From Chiloscyllium plagiosum (taxonomy: Eukaryota), in the NCBI RefSeq assembly GCF_004010195.1, contig NC_057758.1:2578205-2642154 (forward strand): a stretch of 63,950 nt of DNA. The letters run 5' to 3'. The notes below the pieces were generated by a model. The model was not told the DNA's origin and made no database searches. It saw only the letters and a program-made list of their open reading frames with translations. Positions 24,124-36,719 of this stretch are shown here, in pieces. The position numbers were made by a program, and so were the translations under genes. Each line of letters begins with the position of its first letter. Position 1 is the first letter of the stretch.

Positions 24124-24440
24124 TCAGGATTCCAACACAATAAATAACTTGGTTCTTTTAATGGATCTAACAATTTGATGAAAACAATAGTTCAGCACGT
24201 TCTTCCACTGATGTACGAGCTTAGTCTGGGTCATGTCATAAAAACCACAGTGTCCATAATAATCGAAATGAATCATGAAACGTATTTCTTGAACGAAATT
24301 AGGTATCCACATGGGATGCAGCCAGAAAAATGCATGCGAATCCACATCGAATAAAACAACAACATCGATTATATTAAGACAACATTTCCTCAGATATCAA
24401 GTAATAAAGCAATTGATTTTCTTTGATTGCCCAAGCTCAT
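24124..24440 (-). pseudogene. Truncated GPR139/142-like pseudogene, copy B
   Basis: LGNQRKSIALLLDI*GNVVLI*SMLLFYSMWIRMHF [frameshift] WIPNFVQEIRFMIHFDYYGHCGFYDMTQTKLVHQWKNVLNYCFHQIV. Confidence 0.88.
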
Positions 24441-27400
24441 CTCATTCTGCCCATGTCGAAGAGACAACATTATAATGAATTGGGGAAACTTCCTCTCAAA
24501 CTCCAAAGATATTCTATGAACCACGAAGGATGAAACGCCCCCATGTTGTAAGACGGGGGCAGGACAGAAAGTTCCACTTCCTGTTCTTATATTTCCTGTG
24601 TCTCTTCTCTTTTTCTTTCCCCTCATGCTATTTTCTTCCTTTTCTCTTTCCATTTTCTTGTTCTTCTTTATACCCTTTGATTACTGGCGTCCTACGCCCA
24701 ATCTGGCGTCTAGCAAACTTTAGTGAGGTGTGAGGGTCCCTCACCGCTCGTGAGCAATATACCCCAGCTTCCAGCATTCGAAGATCCCCGGCCGCCCATG
24801 CTTCCGACGGCGATTCCCAGCCGCCAGTGACGACTCCCAGTCTAGCACAGCGGTCTCTGATAGCATGCACTGAGTCTAGCTTCTGCCATTACATGGCACC
24901 CTTCGCACCTCCCACAGTGACAATCTGGTTTGGCATAGTAAACTCCCGGAGTTGAGCAGCGGCGTTCTCCCGTCATGACCACCAGGCGTGGCGATATCGC
25001 AGTGAGCATTAGCCACCTTCGGCCGAGATCTAACAGTCTCCTGCAGTGGCATCCCAGTGTGGTGTGAGAACCTTCCCATGTCCTGCAATGTCTCCCCAGC
25101 ATTGCATTTCACGGGTGCAGTGTACAGCCAGGACCCAGTAGTGAGTGGAAGATAAGTGCCGTATGTAGTGGTGAATGTACTGAACTGAACTATTTCCTGT
25201 AATGATGCATGATTTATTTCTGTGTTTTCTTTAACTAGTAACAAAAGAAGTGCTGGGGCACTTTTGTATGAATGTCTGCACTGTAAGTGGCGAATGTACA
25301 CATTTCACTTTGCTCATTGAGTCTCAGTGAAAATAAAAGCTGTTATGTTCCATTCCAGTCTGTTTTATTCTATTCCAATTTTGCAACGTGAGAGATTCAC
25401 AAGAATTGATGTTTTCTCCCAAGAAAAGGCTATTCATGCAATGACGTAAGGAGGTCAGCAGATTTTGTTATTATATATCTTTAAAATCAGGAGCAACGAG
25501 ATAGAGAGCGAGAGACACCTTAGAAAGGTTTTCTTGCTATCTGCACACTGCAAGAAAGTTATTCCATCAGGAAAAATACATACTGAATCTCTGCCTCTTG
25601 CTAACAATTTTGAGAGATATGTTGGAAAAGGTATTTTAAAAATTACCAGATGGTTCAATGGTTAGTTCCACAACCACACAGCGGCAGGGGCGCATATTCG
25701 AATCCACCATCAAGTTTCTGCCTGTTGGAAGTTCTGGTTTTCACCTACAGTCCAAAGATGTGCGGGACAAAGTAGATTTGCCATGGCAAATCTGTCCCCA
25801 GTGTCTGGGGATGTGGAGGCCGTTGGATTAGCTGTGAGAAATACGACGATAGGGTGACGAGGTTTGTTGCTCTTCAGATGCCGAGTGCAACCACAAAAGC
25901 TGAATGGCTACTGTCAGCACTTTTATATTTTATGTCCACAATATACACTTACAACTTTCTGTTAAACCTTGTGCTGACAGTTCTCTCCAATGGTCTTCTA
26001 ACATATTGGTATCACAATGTATCTCTGCTCCCCACCCCCGTAGGGATAAGCTTTTGCAGGACTGTGTGAAGGAAAGGGAGACATTTGGATCATTTTGCTC
26101 GATTCAGTTAGTTCGATTTTCTGCTGAAATTTATACATTTGCTATGAAATCTCTAATGGACCTGTTTATGAAACTGTGAGTGAGGCCTGATGCTCGATAA
26201 ATATTTTTAATTTGGAATAAACCTGCTCTCTTCGAAAAGCAGTTCTTAAACGGGACATACTGGAACAAAGAGATTTGCTTTCAGAATTAACAATACGTGA
26301 TGAATCAAAAGGTTAGTAATTGCCTGTTTATATGACCTCAGAGTCTCAGGGACCATTGACGACTGTAGATATCAATTTCCAGCTCCTGAGCAACAAAAAC
26401 AATATCAGGGACGGCCATTCACTGGTTTATTGCTCAGACTAACTAGATGCCCACTACCTGCTTTAAATTTAGACAAAATGTGCAAGTGATTGCAACACAT
26501 ATCGATGGCTATATTCCTTATGGGAAACCTTACTAATTAATCAGATGTACACTGTCTAGTTTATATTTCGATAACGCGTGGCAGAGAATCTGTATCTCTG
26601 CGCAAAATTTCAAAAGAATCACTCTGACCTTTATGATTCCAAGTGTGCCATTTAAGTACCACAAAACCTGACAGTTAACCGTCAATCGATATAAACAGGT
26701 GCATTTCCCATTGGAACGTCCTTACTAACTAGAAGCATAATTCTCACTTGAAATGTACTCAAAGATTAACTGGCAACCTGCTGCACGAGATTCGTTATTG
26801 ACAGGAAAACCCGAACAATCAGTTACACATTAAATGTGACCAGGTCTGGCCATTAACTCTCAACCTGCAGCAATGTATTCATCCTCAACAGGAATACTAC
26901 GACTAATCAATTCAAATTATCCACTGTTTCTCTGCCATGAAGATGAATGGAGTTTTGCAAGTTCAGTTCGCAATCTCAAAACATGTCCTGATGAATGCAT
27001 AGCAAAGGTATTTGACATTTCCCTCAGCAAGAAACCTGATGCGGTATTAAACTGGAAATTTTGCAAATGCCAAGATAAAATGAAGAGCTAGGAAAATAAC
27101 TGGAGCAAATGTAAAATATTGATTATCTAACTTCTAATACCTCATTCCGTGTTAATGTCAACAGTAACAGGGCTTACGGCTTCCTATTATTTACAATGTG
27201 GCTAAAATGAGTTATTCCTCCTCTCTCTCATCAATCTGCTTTCTTACGGCCATCATATATTAGACCAACATAAGGCCTCTTGGTGTTTTCAGACTATTCC
27301 AACATTCGTTGAGCTCGTGGATGACTAGGTAGTCCTCAAATCCACATTCCTGCCTTTTATCCAGAACACTCATTTCGCTTCCTGGTTAAAATATCTCCCA

Positions 27401-29740
27401 ATGGAAGTCTTGAATATAATTGAGGTAGGAATCTGGACAGCCCCCTGTGCTAAATAATTGCACAGAATCGCTAACTTTTAAGAGGGAAAATTCCTCCTCG
27501 TCTCTACCTTCAATTGATTTTTACTATCAACCACAACATAAAATTTGAAGTGTTCTGCCAATTTAGCAGTAATACCTTTTACATTCTGGTCCAAGTATTG
27601 AATGTGGAGTTCAGATTCTAGAATTATGGGACCCCATTGCTTAAAAAGAACACAGTACCTATTTAAAACAGAGAAGAGGACATTTGTTATCTTTTTAAAC
27701 AGAGGGTGGTGAGTGATTGGAACAGCCTTCCTCAAAAGGCAGTCTATGCAGACATTTTTTGTGATGGCAGATGTTGATAGATTCCTGATGATTGAGGGAA
27801 TAAAAAATGATCAGAGGCTAGGCACGAATGCAGAGATAACGATAAAATTGATACAAACATGTTATTATTGAGTGTGGGTGAGTGCAGGAGAGGTGGACTC
27901 GAAAGTTTAAGTAGCCCACTCTCGTTCTCTGTTCACGTGTTCGGAAGAATTCACGGAAAATGCCTGGCGGCTTCTTTAACCAATGTTTAGCGTTTTCACC
28001 AGGCAGAGACTTTACGCCAACTCACCCTTTTGTTCATGTCCAAGCCTGGTCACATTTCTATTCCTGTTTGAACAATGTGGATTGTAATGCGACAGGACCA
28101 GTCCAGGTGTCCATCCAGCAGAAAGCGTATTTTTGTCTCCTGCTGCATCCCGGTGTGACTCTCAATTGCTTTCCAGTCTTTTAGTTGTGAACGTGAAGCA
28201 ACAGAGATTTCAAGTTTGTCACCTGAAATGCCCTCCGAATGGAACAGCATACCGCCTCCTCCATAACCTCCCTGCCTAAATCTCACTACCCTCCACTCCC
28301 ACCCACTAACGCCATAAAATGTGCTGAATTAGTCAGTGATTTTGGCTGCAGGGTGAATTTTGAGTGTGTTTGAACACAGAATCATAGAATACCTGAATAT
28401 TGTAGAGTCTACAGCTTGAAATGATACTGGAAATCTAAAGTCGATTCCCATTTTTCCAAACGTTAACGCATAGAACATAGAACAGTACAGCACAGAACAG
28501 GCCCTTCAGTCCACGATGTTGTGCCGATCATTAATCCTCAAGTAAGGTGAACCCTCAAATTCCTCTGACCATGTGCATGTCCAGCAGTCTCGTAAATATC
28601 CCCAATGACCTCGCTTCCACAACTGCTGCTGACAACGCATTCCATGCTCTCACAACTCTCTGCGTAAAGAACCCGCCTCTGACAGCCCCTCTATACTTTC
28701 CACCAAACAGCTTAAAACTATGATCACTCGTGTTAACAATTTCTGCCCTGGGAAAAAGTCTCTGGCTATCAACTCTACCTATGCCTCTCATTATCTTGTA
28801 CACCTCAGTTAAGGCCCCTCTCTTCCTTCTTTTTTCCAAGGAAAAATGTCCGAGCTCAGTCAATCTCTCTTCGTAAGATAAACCCTCCATTCCAGACAGC
28901 ATCCTGGTAAACCTCCTCTGAACCCTCTCCATAGCATCCACATCTTTCCTATAATAGGGCGACCAGAACTGGACACAGCATTACAAGTGCGGTCTAACCA
29001 ACGTTTTATAGAGCTGCAACAAGATCTCACAGCTCTTAAACTCAATCCCCCTGTTCATGAAAGCCAAAACGCCATATGCTTTCTTAACAACCCTGTCCAA
29101 ATGGGTGGCAATTTTAAGGGATCTATGTACCTGCACACCAAAATCCCGCTGTTCCTCCACACTGCCTGTCTTTATTTCTGGACTCAATTTTCAAGGTCGA
29201 CCTTCCAAAATGCATCACTTCGCATTTAACCAGATTGAACTCCACCTGCCACCTCTCAGCCCATCTCTGCAACCTGTCAATGTCATGCTGCAGCCTACAA
29301 CAGTCCTCTATACTGTCAACGACACCTCCAACATTTGTGTCGTCTGCAAACGTGCTAACCCATCCTTCAATCTCCTCATCCAAGTCATTAATAAAAATTA
29401 TGAAGTGTAGAGGCCCAAGAACAGAGCTCTGTGGAACACCACTCACCACAGACTTCCAGGCAGAATACTTTCCCTCCACTACTACTCGCTGTCTTCTGTC
29501 GACCAGCCAATTCTGTATTCAGACAGATAAATCTCCCAGTATCCCATTCCTCTTGACCTTCTGAACGAGCCTATCACGGGGAACTTTAACAAGTGCCTTA
29601 CTGAAGTCCGTATACACCACGTCCACCGCTCGACCCTCATCAACGTGCCTAGAAACATCCTTAAAGAACTCAATAAGATTTGTGAGGCATGACATGCCCC
29701 TCAGAAAGCCGTGCTGACTGCATTTAATCAAGCCATGCTT

Positions 29741-30093
29741 AGAACCCTCCAACCACAAGGGATGAACTCGGATTTCACCAGTTTCCTCATTTCCCCTCAC
29801 CCCACCTTGTCTCAGTCAAATCCATCGTACTCAGCACCGCCTTCCTAACCTGCAATCTTCTTCCTGACCTCTCCGCCCCCACCCCAGTCTGACCTATCAC
29901 CCTCACCTTGACCTCTTCCCACCTATCGCATTTCCGACACCCCTCCCCCAAGTCCCTCCTCCCTACCTTTTATCTTAGCCTGCTGGACAAACTTTCCTCA
30001 TTCCTGAAGAAGGGCTTATGCCCGAAACGTCGATTCTCCTGTTCCCTGGATGCTGCCTGATTGCTGCGCTTTTCCAGCAACACATTTTCAGCT
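29741..30093 (+). mobile_element. Penelope-like 3' terminal fragment nested in the CR1
   Basis: TLQPQGMNSDF (end of the GIY-YIG domain), a pyrimidine-rich UTR, a hammerhead, and the terminus GATGCTGCCTGA...CCAGCAACACATTTTCAGCT. Confidence 0.85.
30002..30033 (+). ncRNA. Minimal hammerhead ribozyme core (Penelope-associated)
   Basis: CUGAAGA (30004-30010)-A-GGGC-UUAU-GCCC-GAAA-CGUC. Both core boxes are intact and stem II has 4 bp. Confidence 0.75.
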
Positions 30094-33000
30094 CTTCCAG
30101 ATGGTCATAAATCCTATCCATCAAATCCTTTCTAACACCTTGCAGACGACAGACGTGAGACTGACTGGCCTGTAATTGCCGGGGATTTCCCTATTTCCTT
30201 GCTTGAAGAGAGGAATTACATTTGCCTCCCTCCAGTCCTGAGGTACGACTGCGGTGGAGAGCGTGGATGCAAAGATCTTCGAAAACGGCGAAGCAATCAC
30301 ATTTCTCGCTTCCCAAAGCAGCCGAGGACAAATCTGGTCTGGCCCTGGCGACTTGTCAATCTTAATATTTGTCCACATTTTCAGCACACCAGCTTCCTCA
30401 ATCTCTATCTGTTCCAGCATGCTTACTACCTGCTCCTCAATGGTTTCATTCACTAAAAGGTCCTTTTCTTTAGTAAAGACAGAAGCAAAAAACTCATTTA
30501 GGGCTTCCCCTACCTCCTCAGACTCTATATACAGGTTCCCTATGCTATTACTGATCGGCCCTACTCTTCCTTTGATCATTCTCTTATTCCTCACATACGT
30601 GTAAAATGCCTTTGGATTCTCCCTAATCCTTCCTGCCAAGCCTTTTTCGTGTCCCCTTCTGACTCTCCTCAGACCATTCTTGAGCTCCTTCCTCGCCTGC
30701 CTGTAATCCTCTTGAGCTTTCAACGTTAGTACATTTCACGTGGCTCTTCAATGGCTCTTTGAAGTTTGTTAGATTCCCAACTCAGCTAGCAACACAGATG
30801 ACGTATTCTGGATGTCCATCACTTTATGTTGGAAAATGTTTATCCACAACTCCCCTTTGAACATTCTGCCTGTCAATTCAACATTGTACTGACTTAGTAT
30901 TAACCTTTCATCTGGTGGAGCAGATGTTTTCTGTTCACTCTGTCCGTGCCTCTAATAATCTTCACATCTCATGAGGTCTCCCCGTTACATCCACTGCTCC
31001 AAAGAAAACGACTGGAGCTTATCCAGACTCTCTCCATAAAAAAAAAGTTCCATAGAACATTGAAAGGTATAGCACAGGAAGAGGCCCATCTGTCCATCAT
31101 ATATCTACTGAGCATGATGCCATTCTGTGCTATTCCGATCTGTCTGCAAATGTTCTGTTTTCCTTTTTTTCTCTGCCTATGTATAAATGACTCTCATCTT
31201 TGCTGGAAGTTACCATTTCCACTACCTCCCCTGGCAATGTACTCCAGACTTCAACTATCCATCTGTGCAAAAAAAAATACCTCGCTCATTCCTTTAGATC
31301 TTCCCACTCACCTTACAGCAAGCACACTGGTCTTTGATATTTCCACCACAGAGAAAAGGAAGTCACTTGGTAATCTATACACGCTTGCCTTAATTAAGTA
31401 TAACCCACTCAGGTCGTCCCTCAAACTCTAAAACTATAGAAAAAACAAGTAAGATTGTGCAATCTCTCATTGCAGCTTATATCCTGAAAACTAGATGACA
31501 TCCTGTCACATCTCTTAGCGCCCTCTCCAAAACCTCCACACCAGAACTTTGCACTATCCTCCAGTTTGCATAACAGCACAGCACAGCAGCTAAGTTTCTG
31601 CAAGTAAAAGGACATCAATATGTGTTGTCCATTTGCTGACCTTCCTATCTGTCGCTTCTGTTAAGACACTGAACTTAATGGGAAATGAGACATGGAAAAT
31701 CAATGATTCTTAATGTCACCCAGTTTTATTCACATGACTGAGAAAAGAGATGGTCAGATCCCAGTGGATTAGCACAATCAAATGGAGCCTAAACTGCTGA
31801 GATGACAGATCTATCCAATCGTAAGCTCAGATGCTTTCCAGCGTTGGCGTTGCAGCTTTGATGTCAGGGAGAGGTACGCAACGCCATCGGAAAGATGGGC
31901 CTTCCCCATTGAACAACTTTCCCTTTATTTTCTCACATTGTAGTGTACTGCAGAATCTTCCATTCTCATCACATAATTCGACTGGAACTAGAAGACAGAA
32001 TAAAAAAGACAAAATGCAAATTGATTTTGCCAATCAGACACAATATGCATTCGATTACAGAAGGATATAAATGGTATAGTCAGATGAGCATGTCAGTGGC
32101 AGCTGGAAATTAACTCTTAACTTTAAGATGATGCACTTTGGAAGAAGGAGCAAGACAAGGCAGCTCCCAATGAAAGGCGGGTCACAAGGAAGCTTTGGGG
32201 CAAAAAGTGATCTTAGGGTGCTTGTCCAGAGATCCCTGAAGATGGTAGGAGATAATAAAAGTGGAGTGATGAGGGCAGAGGAGCAACTTGGCTTTATCAG
32301 ACGTGTCATAGCTTACAAGTGCAAAGATGTTACCTTGACACTCTTCAGGACTTTGTACAGAGTTCTGCTCTCCACATAAAGGCCGCAATTGTCTGGAGAG
32401 GATGCAGCGAATATTCACCAGGGCAGAAGAGATTTGAGGGAAAACTGTTTCACCCAGAAGGAGACGGGCTCCAGAAATGTGCTGTCCGATAGGATACTTG
32501 TCTCAAGAAATCTCTAAACCCATTTTCAAAGAGAGTGGTGAGTGCGTGGAATGCAGTTTCAATAGCGTTAAATATATCAGATAGATTTAAGTGACAAATT
32601 GGATAGACACATGTAAGATAGTGCAATGAAGGCTATGTATGGTAGTGTGATCTGAGAGGAGGATAAAAGACCGGCACAACAACGAGGGCTGAAGGACCTG
32701 TACTGTGCTGTACTGTTCTATTGTCTGACACTTGGAGAAACACATTCAGGCTGTGTGCCAGGTTTCGGTTAGTGGGCTGCTGTCGACCACAAGTACCATT
32801 TCATGGTGTAGTCTCGATGGGGCGAAGCATCTCTCCCAGACGCTCTGATACTATGATTGAATGGTGGATTATATACAAACAAGACCCTGCAGCCGAGGTT
32901 CATGCTTCACTACCCTCTGACGAAAGAAAATTCTTCACATTTCTGCGTTTAATTGGTGGCAACTTTGCCTAAGATGACGCCGTCTGTTCTGAAATCTCCT

Positions 33001-35404
33001 ACATTAGGCGCCAACGTCTCTTCATTTACACGGTCAAATCCACTAAGAATATTAAATGTTTCAATCACATCGTATCTCGTTCTTCTACACTCCATTCATC
33101 ACATCCAACTTACTCAACCTCTCGTCACAAGACAATCCCTCCACACATTAGGTCAGCTGAGCGAACTCTCAATGGATGGCATCCAATTCCAGTTTGTATT
33201 TCCTTCAGTAAGGGAAGTGAATATGTTCACATTATTACAGCTTTGTTGTGACTCGTGTCTTATAAAGTTTTCGCAAAAATCCCTGACTTTTACCCTCCAA
33301 TTCTTTTGAATGCAGAGGTGGGCAACGCCACATTACAAACTTGGCGGGAGTGTTGTCGAATCATTCTTTTCACAGATGTTATTGCGCACCTCTGGCTCAA
33401 GTAGGACCCTAGTAAAGTTCTTTCCAGATCAGAGTTAGGAACACTATGACTTTACCTCGCTGTTAGTGAGGTGCAGTATATTGATTGGACGCCTGATGGG
33501 CCAGGGAGCAGCTCCTTAGGCAAAAGAATGCAAACGCATAAATTTTGGACAGAATAGGAATTCCAATCAGTAGCTTTCAGAATGGAATAATCTTTCTCTT
33601 TCAGAATTATGGAAACAGGACGAGCTAGTTGAAGGAACACACTTGATCACCCCGAGCAACAACAAAAGGCTTAAAGAGCACAGTGGCCACTATTCCAAAC
33701 CGAAATTCCCCAATTTGCCGACGGGGAGGTGAACACACCTCTGCAGGCAAGATTAAAATAAATACCAGTTTGGGTGGCTTCCAATAACACCAGAGCTCCA
33801 AGCAGCAAAACCAAGGCTGTCCACATCACCGTTGCGATTCTGAGAGAGAGAATGGTTAGATTGGAACATAGATCCGTTTCTTATGTGCTCAGAGATTACA
33901 GTGCTAATATTAATTATTTATACAATGATGACTGGCTGCACTTCGGGTTCTGTTAAGATGTGGATTATTAACTTAGACGGACGACAACGGGAATCTAAGA
34001 CTAACGTATCATATACTGAACAGAGTTACTCACCTGAATATTGATTGAGCTGACAGAGATCAAAGTCAATTCTTCATGGGCAGAGGTGGCGACTATTCAA
34101 CACGTCGAGCCTACTCAGCCACTCAGTAAGATCATAACTGATCTGTAGTTAACTGCATGTGCCTGCCCTGTGCCCATATCCTTGATACCTTGGCTTAATT
34201 TTATACTATGCCTGTCTCAAATTTAATTTTCAAAAATAGTGAATTAGCATTGAGCACCAATTGAGAAAAAGAGCCCTAAACTTTCAATTATCTTTGTCAT
34301 TAGAAGTGCTTTCTATCATCTGTCCTGAATGACCCGGCTTTGATTCTTAGACGATGATGTGGCCGTCACTGGTTGAGATAAACACTTATTACACGTGCTT
34401 AGTTGCCCTTCAGACGTTTGTGAAGAATTGCCTTCTTGAACAGTTGTAGTTCCTGTGCTGGAGAGTACATTTACAACGTAGTTGAGAGGGAATTAAAGGA
34501 TTTTGTTCCAGCTCATTTTTTACTTCAACTTCACCCTGTGGAAATGATTTATTTTTATGAACCTTGTCATTCCATGTTAATATGTTGAAGACTTCAATTA
34601 TATCACCCGTTTACCTTCCAAATTCGAAAGAATAATAATCAAATTTGACTAATCTCTCCTCTGAATGTAAACGCCAAATTTCAAGTATCACACTTGTAAA
34701 CCTGCAGTGAAATCTGTCTCGGACCGAAAGCTCCTTCCAAACGGCTGGTCCTCAGGTCTTCCCACATTACTTTCAGAGAGCTTTGAACTTGGATCCAAGA
34801 TCCATTTCTGTACTCTGTTCTCAAGACTTTATTAATGTTATGGTTTTCTCCAAACCATCCTTACAGGCCATGAGATTGCCACCACCTACTTGGTAAGAAA
34901 GAAAATTCCCTGTACCCTTTCATTCCTATACCCTTTTTCTACAAATGTATATTCCAGGTCATTGATCATGCTCTCAAACAAAACAGTTTCTTGCCGTCTA
35001 CACTGTCAATTGTTCTAATCAGCAATAAATATCCAACATGTCCCCTATCAACATTTAGTCTCGCAAAAACAACTTCAATTTATCCAATCTCTCTTTATGC
35101 AGGAAACTCTTCAATCAGGCAGCATGACTGTCAATATCCTCTGTTAACCCCACGCAACAGCACCCCCTCACGTTACCCCACCGATCTATCGCAGCCCTCC
35201 TATCATATTGATTCCAAAACTGCATCCTATAGTATACCTATCGCCGAAGCAACGCTTCATACTTTTCCATCAGTGCGATTCTCAGCGACTCCATGACTCA
35301 TTGAGATATTTAGTCAAATTCTGAACGACAGTTGGAGCCTGGAGCAGAGTCATGAAGAGATACGTGGGAGATCTGCAAAATGTAAGTAATCTAAGCTAAA
35401 CATC

Positions 35405-35498
35405 CTTAAATGTAGGGGAATGGGTGGGTTGCCCTTTGGCGGGTCGGTGTGGACTTGTTGGGCCGAAGGGCCTGTTTCCACACTGTAAGTAATCTAAT
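35405..35498 (+). mobile_element. HE1 SINE 3' fragment at the end of copy B
   Basis: TAAATGTAGGGGAATGGGTGGG...GGGCCGAAGGGCCTGTTTCCACACTGTAAGTAATCTAATC. Confidence 0.85.
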
Positions 35499-35659
35499 CA
35501 TTGGAGACCTGGATCTGGTACAGCCTGTCAATGGCTGAGGGATGGGCCACACTTCTGACGTCACCTGTGCTCTCTGAGTGCACTTGCTCTTCTTGCTAAT
35601 AAAAAGGTTTACCAGGACAATCGAAAGCATGGAGGCACTGTCTTATGTTTAGAAGTTGA

Positions 35660-36000
35660 TGAGATTGTCCTGCAGTTATTTGTGTTTAGAAGAATGAGAG
35701 GCAATTTTATTGAAATATAAAGATTCACAGAGGACTTGACAAACCAAATGAGGATAGATTGTTTCCTCTTTTGATAATCTCTCGGACCAGATGACAACAT
35801 CTCAGAATAAGGGTTGGCCATTTCAGGCAGAGATGAGGAGAATTTTCTTCTCACAGGTCGCAGTAAGTCTTCAGAATCCTCACAGCCGAGGGGGTGTGGT
35901 GCTGAAATACACTCAACGCTGTGATTTAGAGATTTTTAATCAGGAATGGATCGAAGGTAATGGGGAAATGACAAGAGATTGGAGTTGCAAATGATCAGTA
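35660..36000 (+). mobile_element. Old CR1 3' fragment
   Basis: FRRMRGNFIEIYKI...LRIRVGH/FQAEMRRIFFSQV. Confidence 0.7.
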
Positions 36001-36719
36001 ACAGTTTCAATGGACACTTTGGCTGTTCTGAGAATATACTATTTGAAGTACTGAGATAGAGAAAAAAATACACTATTCTGCAGTGGTCGTCTCACGTAGG
36101 CCCTGTATAAATTCAGTGACCCACCCCAACTTCTGAACTCCAAATGTCTTGCAATGAAAGCCAAAATACTGTTAAACTTCACATCGTTTGCTGATACTCA
36201 GGCAGTGAGTAAGTTGTTAGTTCGGAATGAGCACACAGATTCCAAGCAGCTTGAGCAAACGTGCTAGGCAGGATGGCGACTGGCTCCATTTCAGAGGCAA
36301 ACACTGATGAAAACATTAGCGGCTTATAAGAAATGTTTAACTATTGGGAGACAGCTGGTCGTTGTGTAACGAAAATGTCAACGCACCTCAGGCGAGGGGA
36401 GAGCTTCAAAAGATGGGACCTGCTTGATGTTAATGACTTGGAGCAAGGAAATTAACGTTCTGTCGCCAGAATTGCTAATGGCTAAACATTCGGTGGAAAG
36501 GCTGGTAATGCAAGAGACTCAGTCAGATTATGGAGAGGTACTGAAATTTCACTGAAGTTGTTCATTTCGGAAGGGAGAGGGAAAAGAACAGAGTATTATT
36601 TTAATGGAGAAATCTGCAGAAAAAAGGCACCTTGAATGTTTTTGCACGAAGCACAGGATGCAGCAGATTAAAAGAATGCAAGGTGTTATTTCGAGGTTGT
36701 TTTTTAAATTTTATTTCTG

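Larger units (their letters stand above)
28469..30716 (-). mobile_element. 5'-truncated CR1 LINE (ORF2), copy B only
   Basis: ORFs 30121-30723 (KSPGPDQICPRLL...GNYRPVSLTSVVCKVLE), 29123-29479 (SGVPQSSVLGP...FADDT) and 28555-28941. The tail reads CATAGAACATAGAAC. Copy A has the empty site near 17740. Confidence 0.92.
23115..35381. repeat. Segmental duplication, copy B
   Basis: Colinear with 9604-22574. It lacks A's 10512-11313, about 12810-14745 and 21025-21181, and has an extra CR1 at 28469-30716. Confidence 0.93.
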
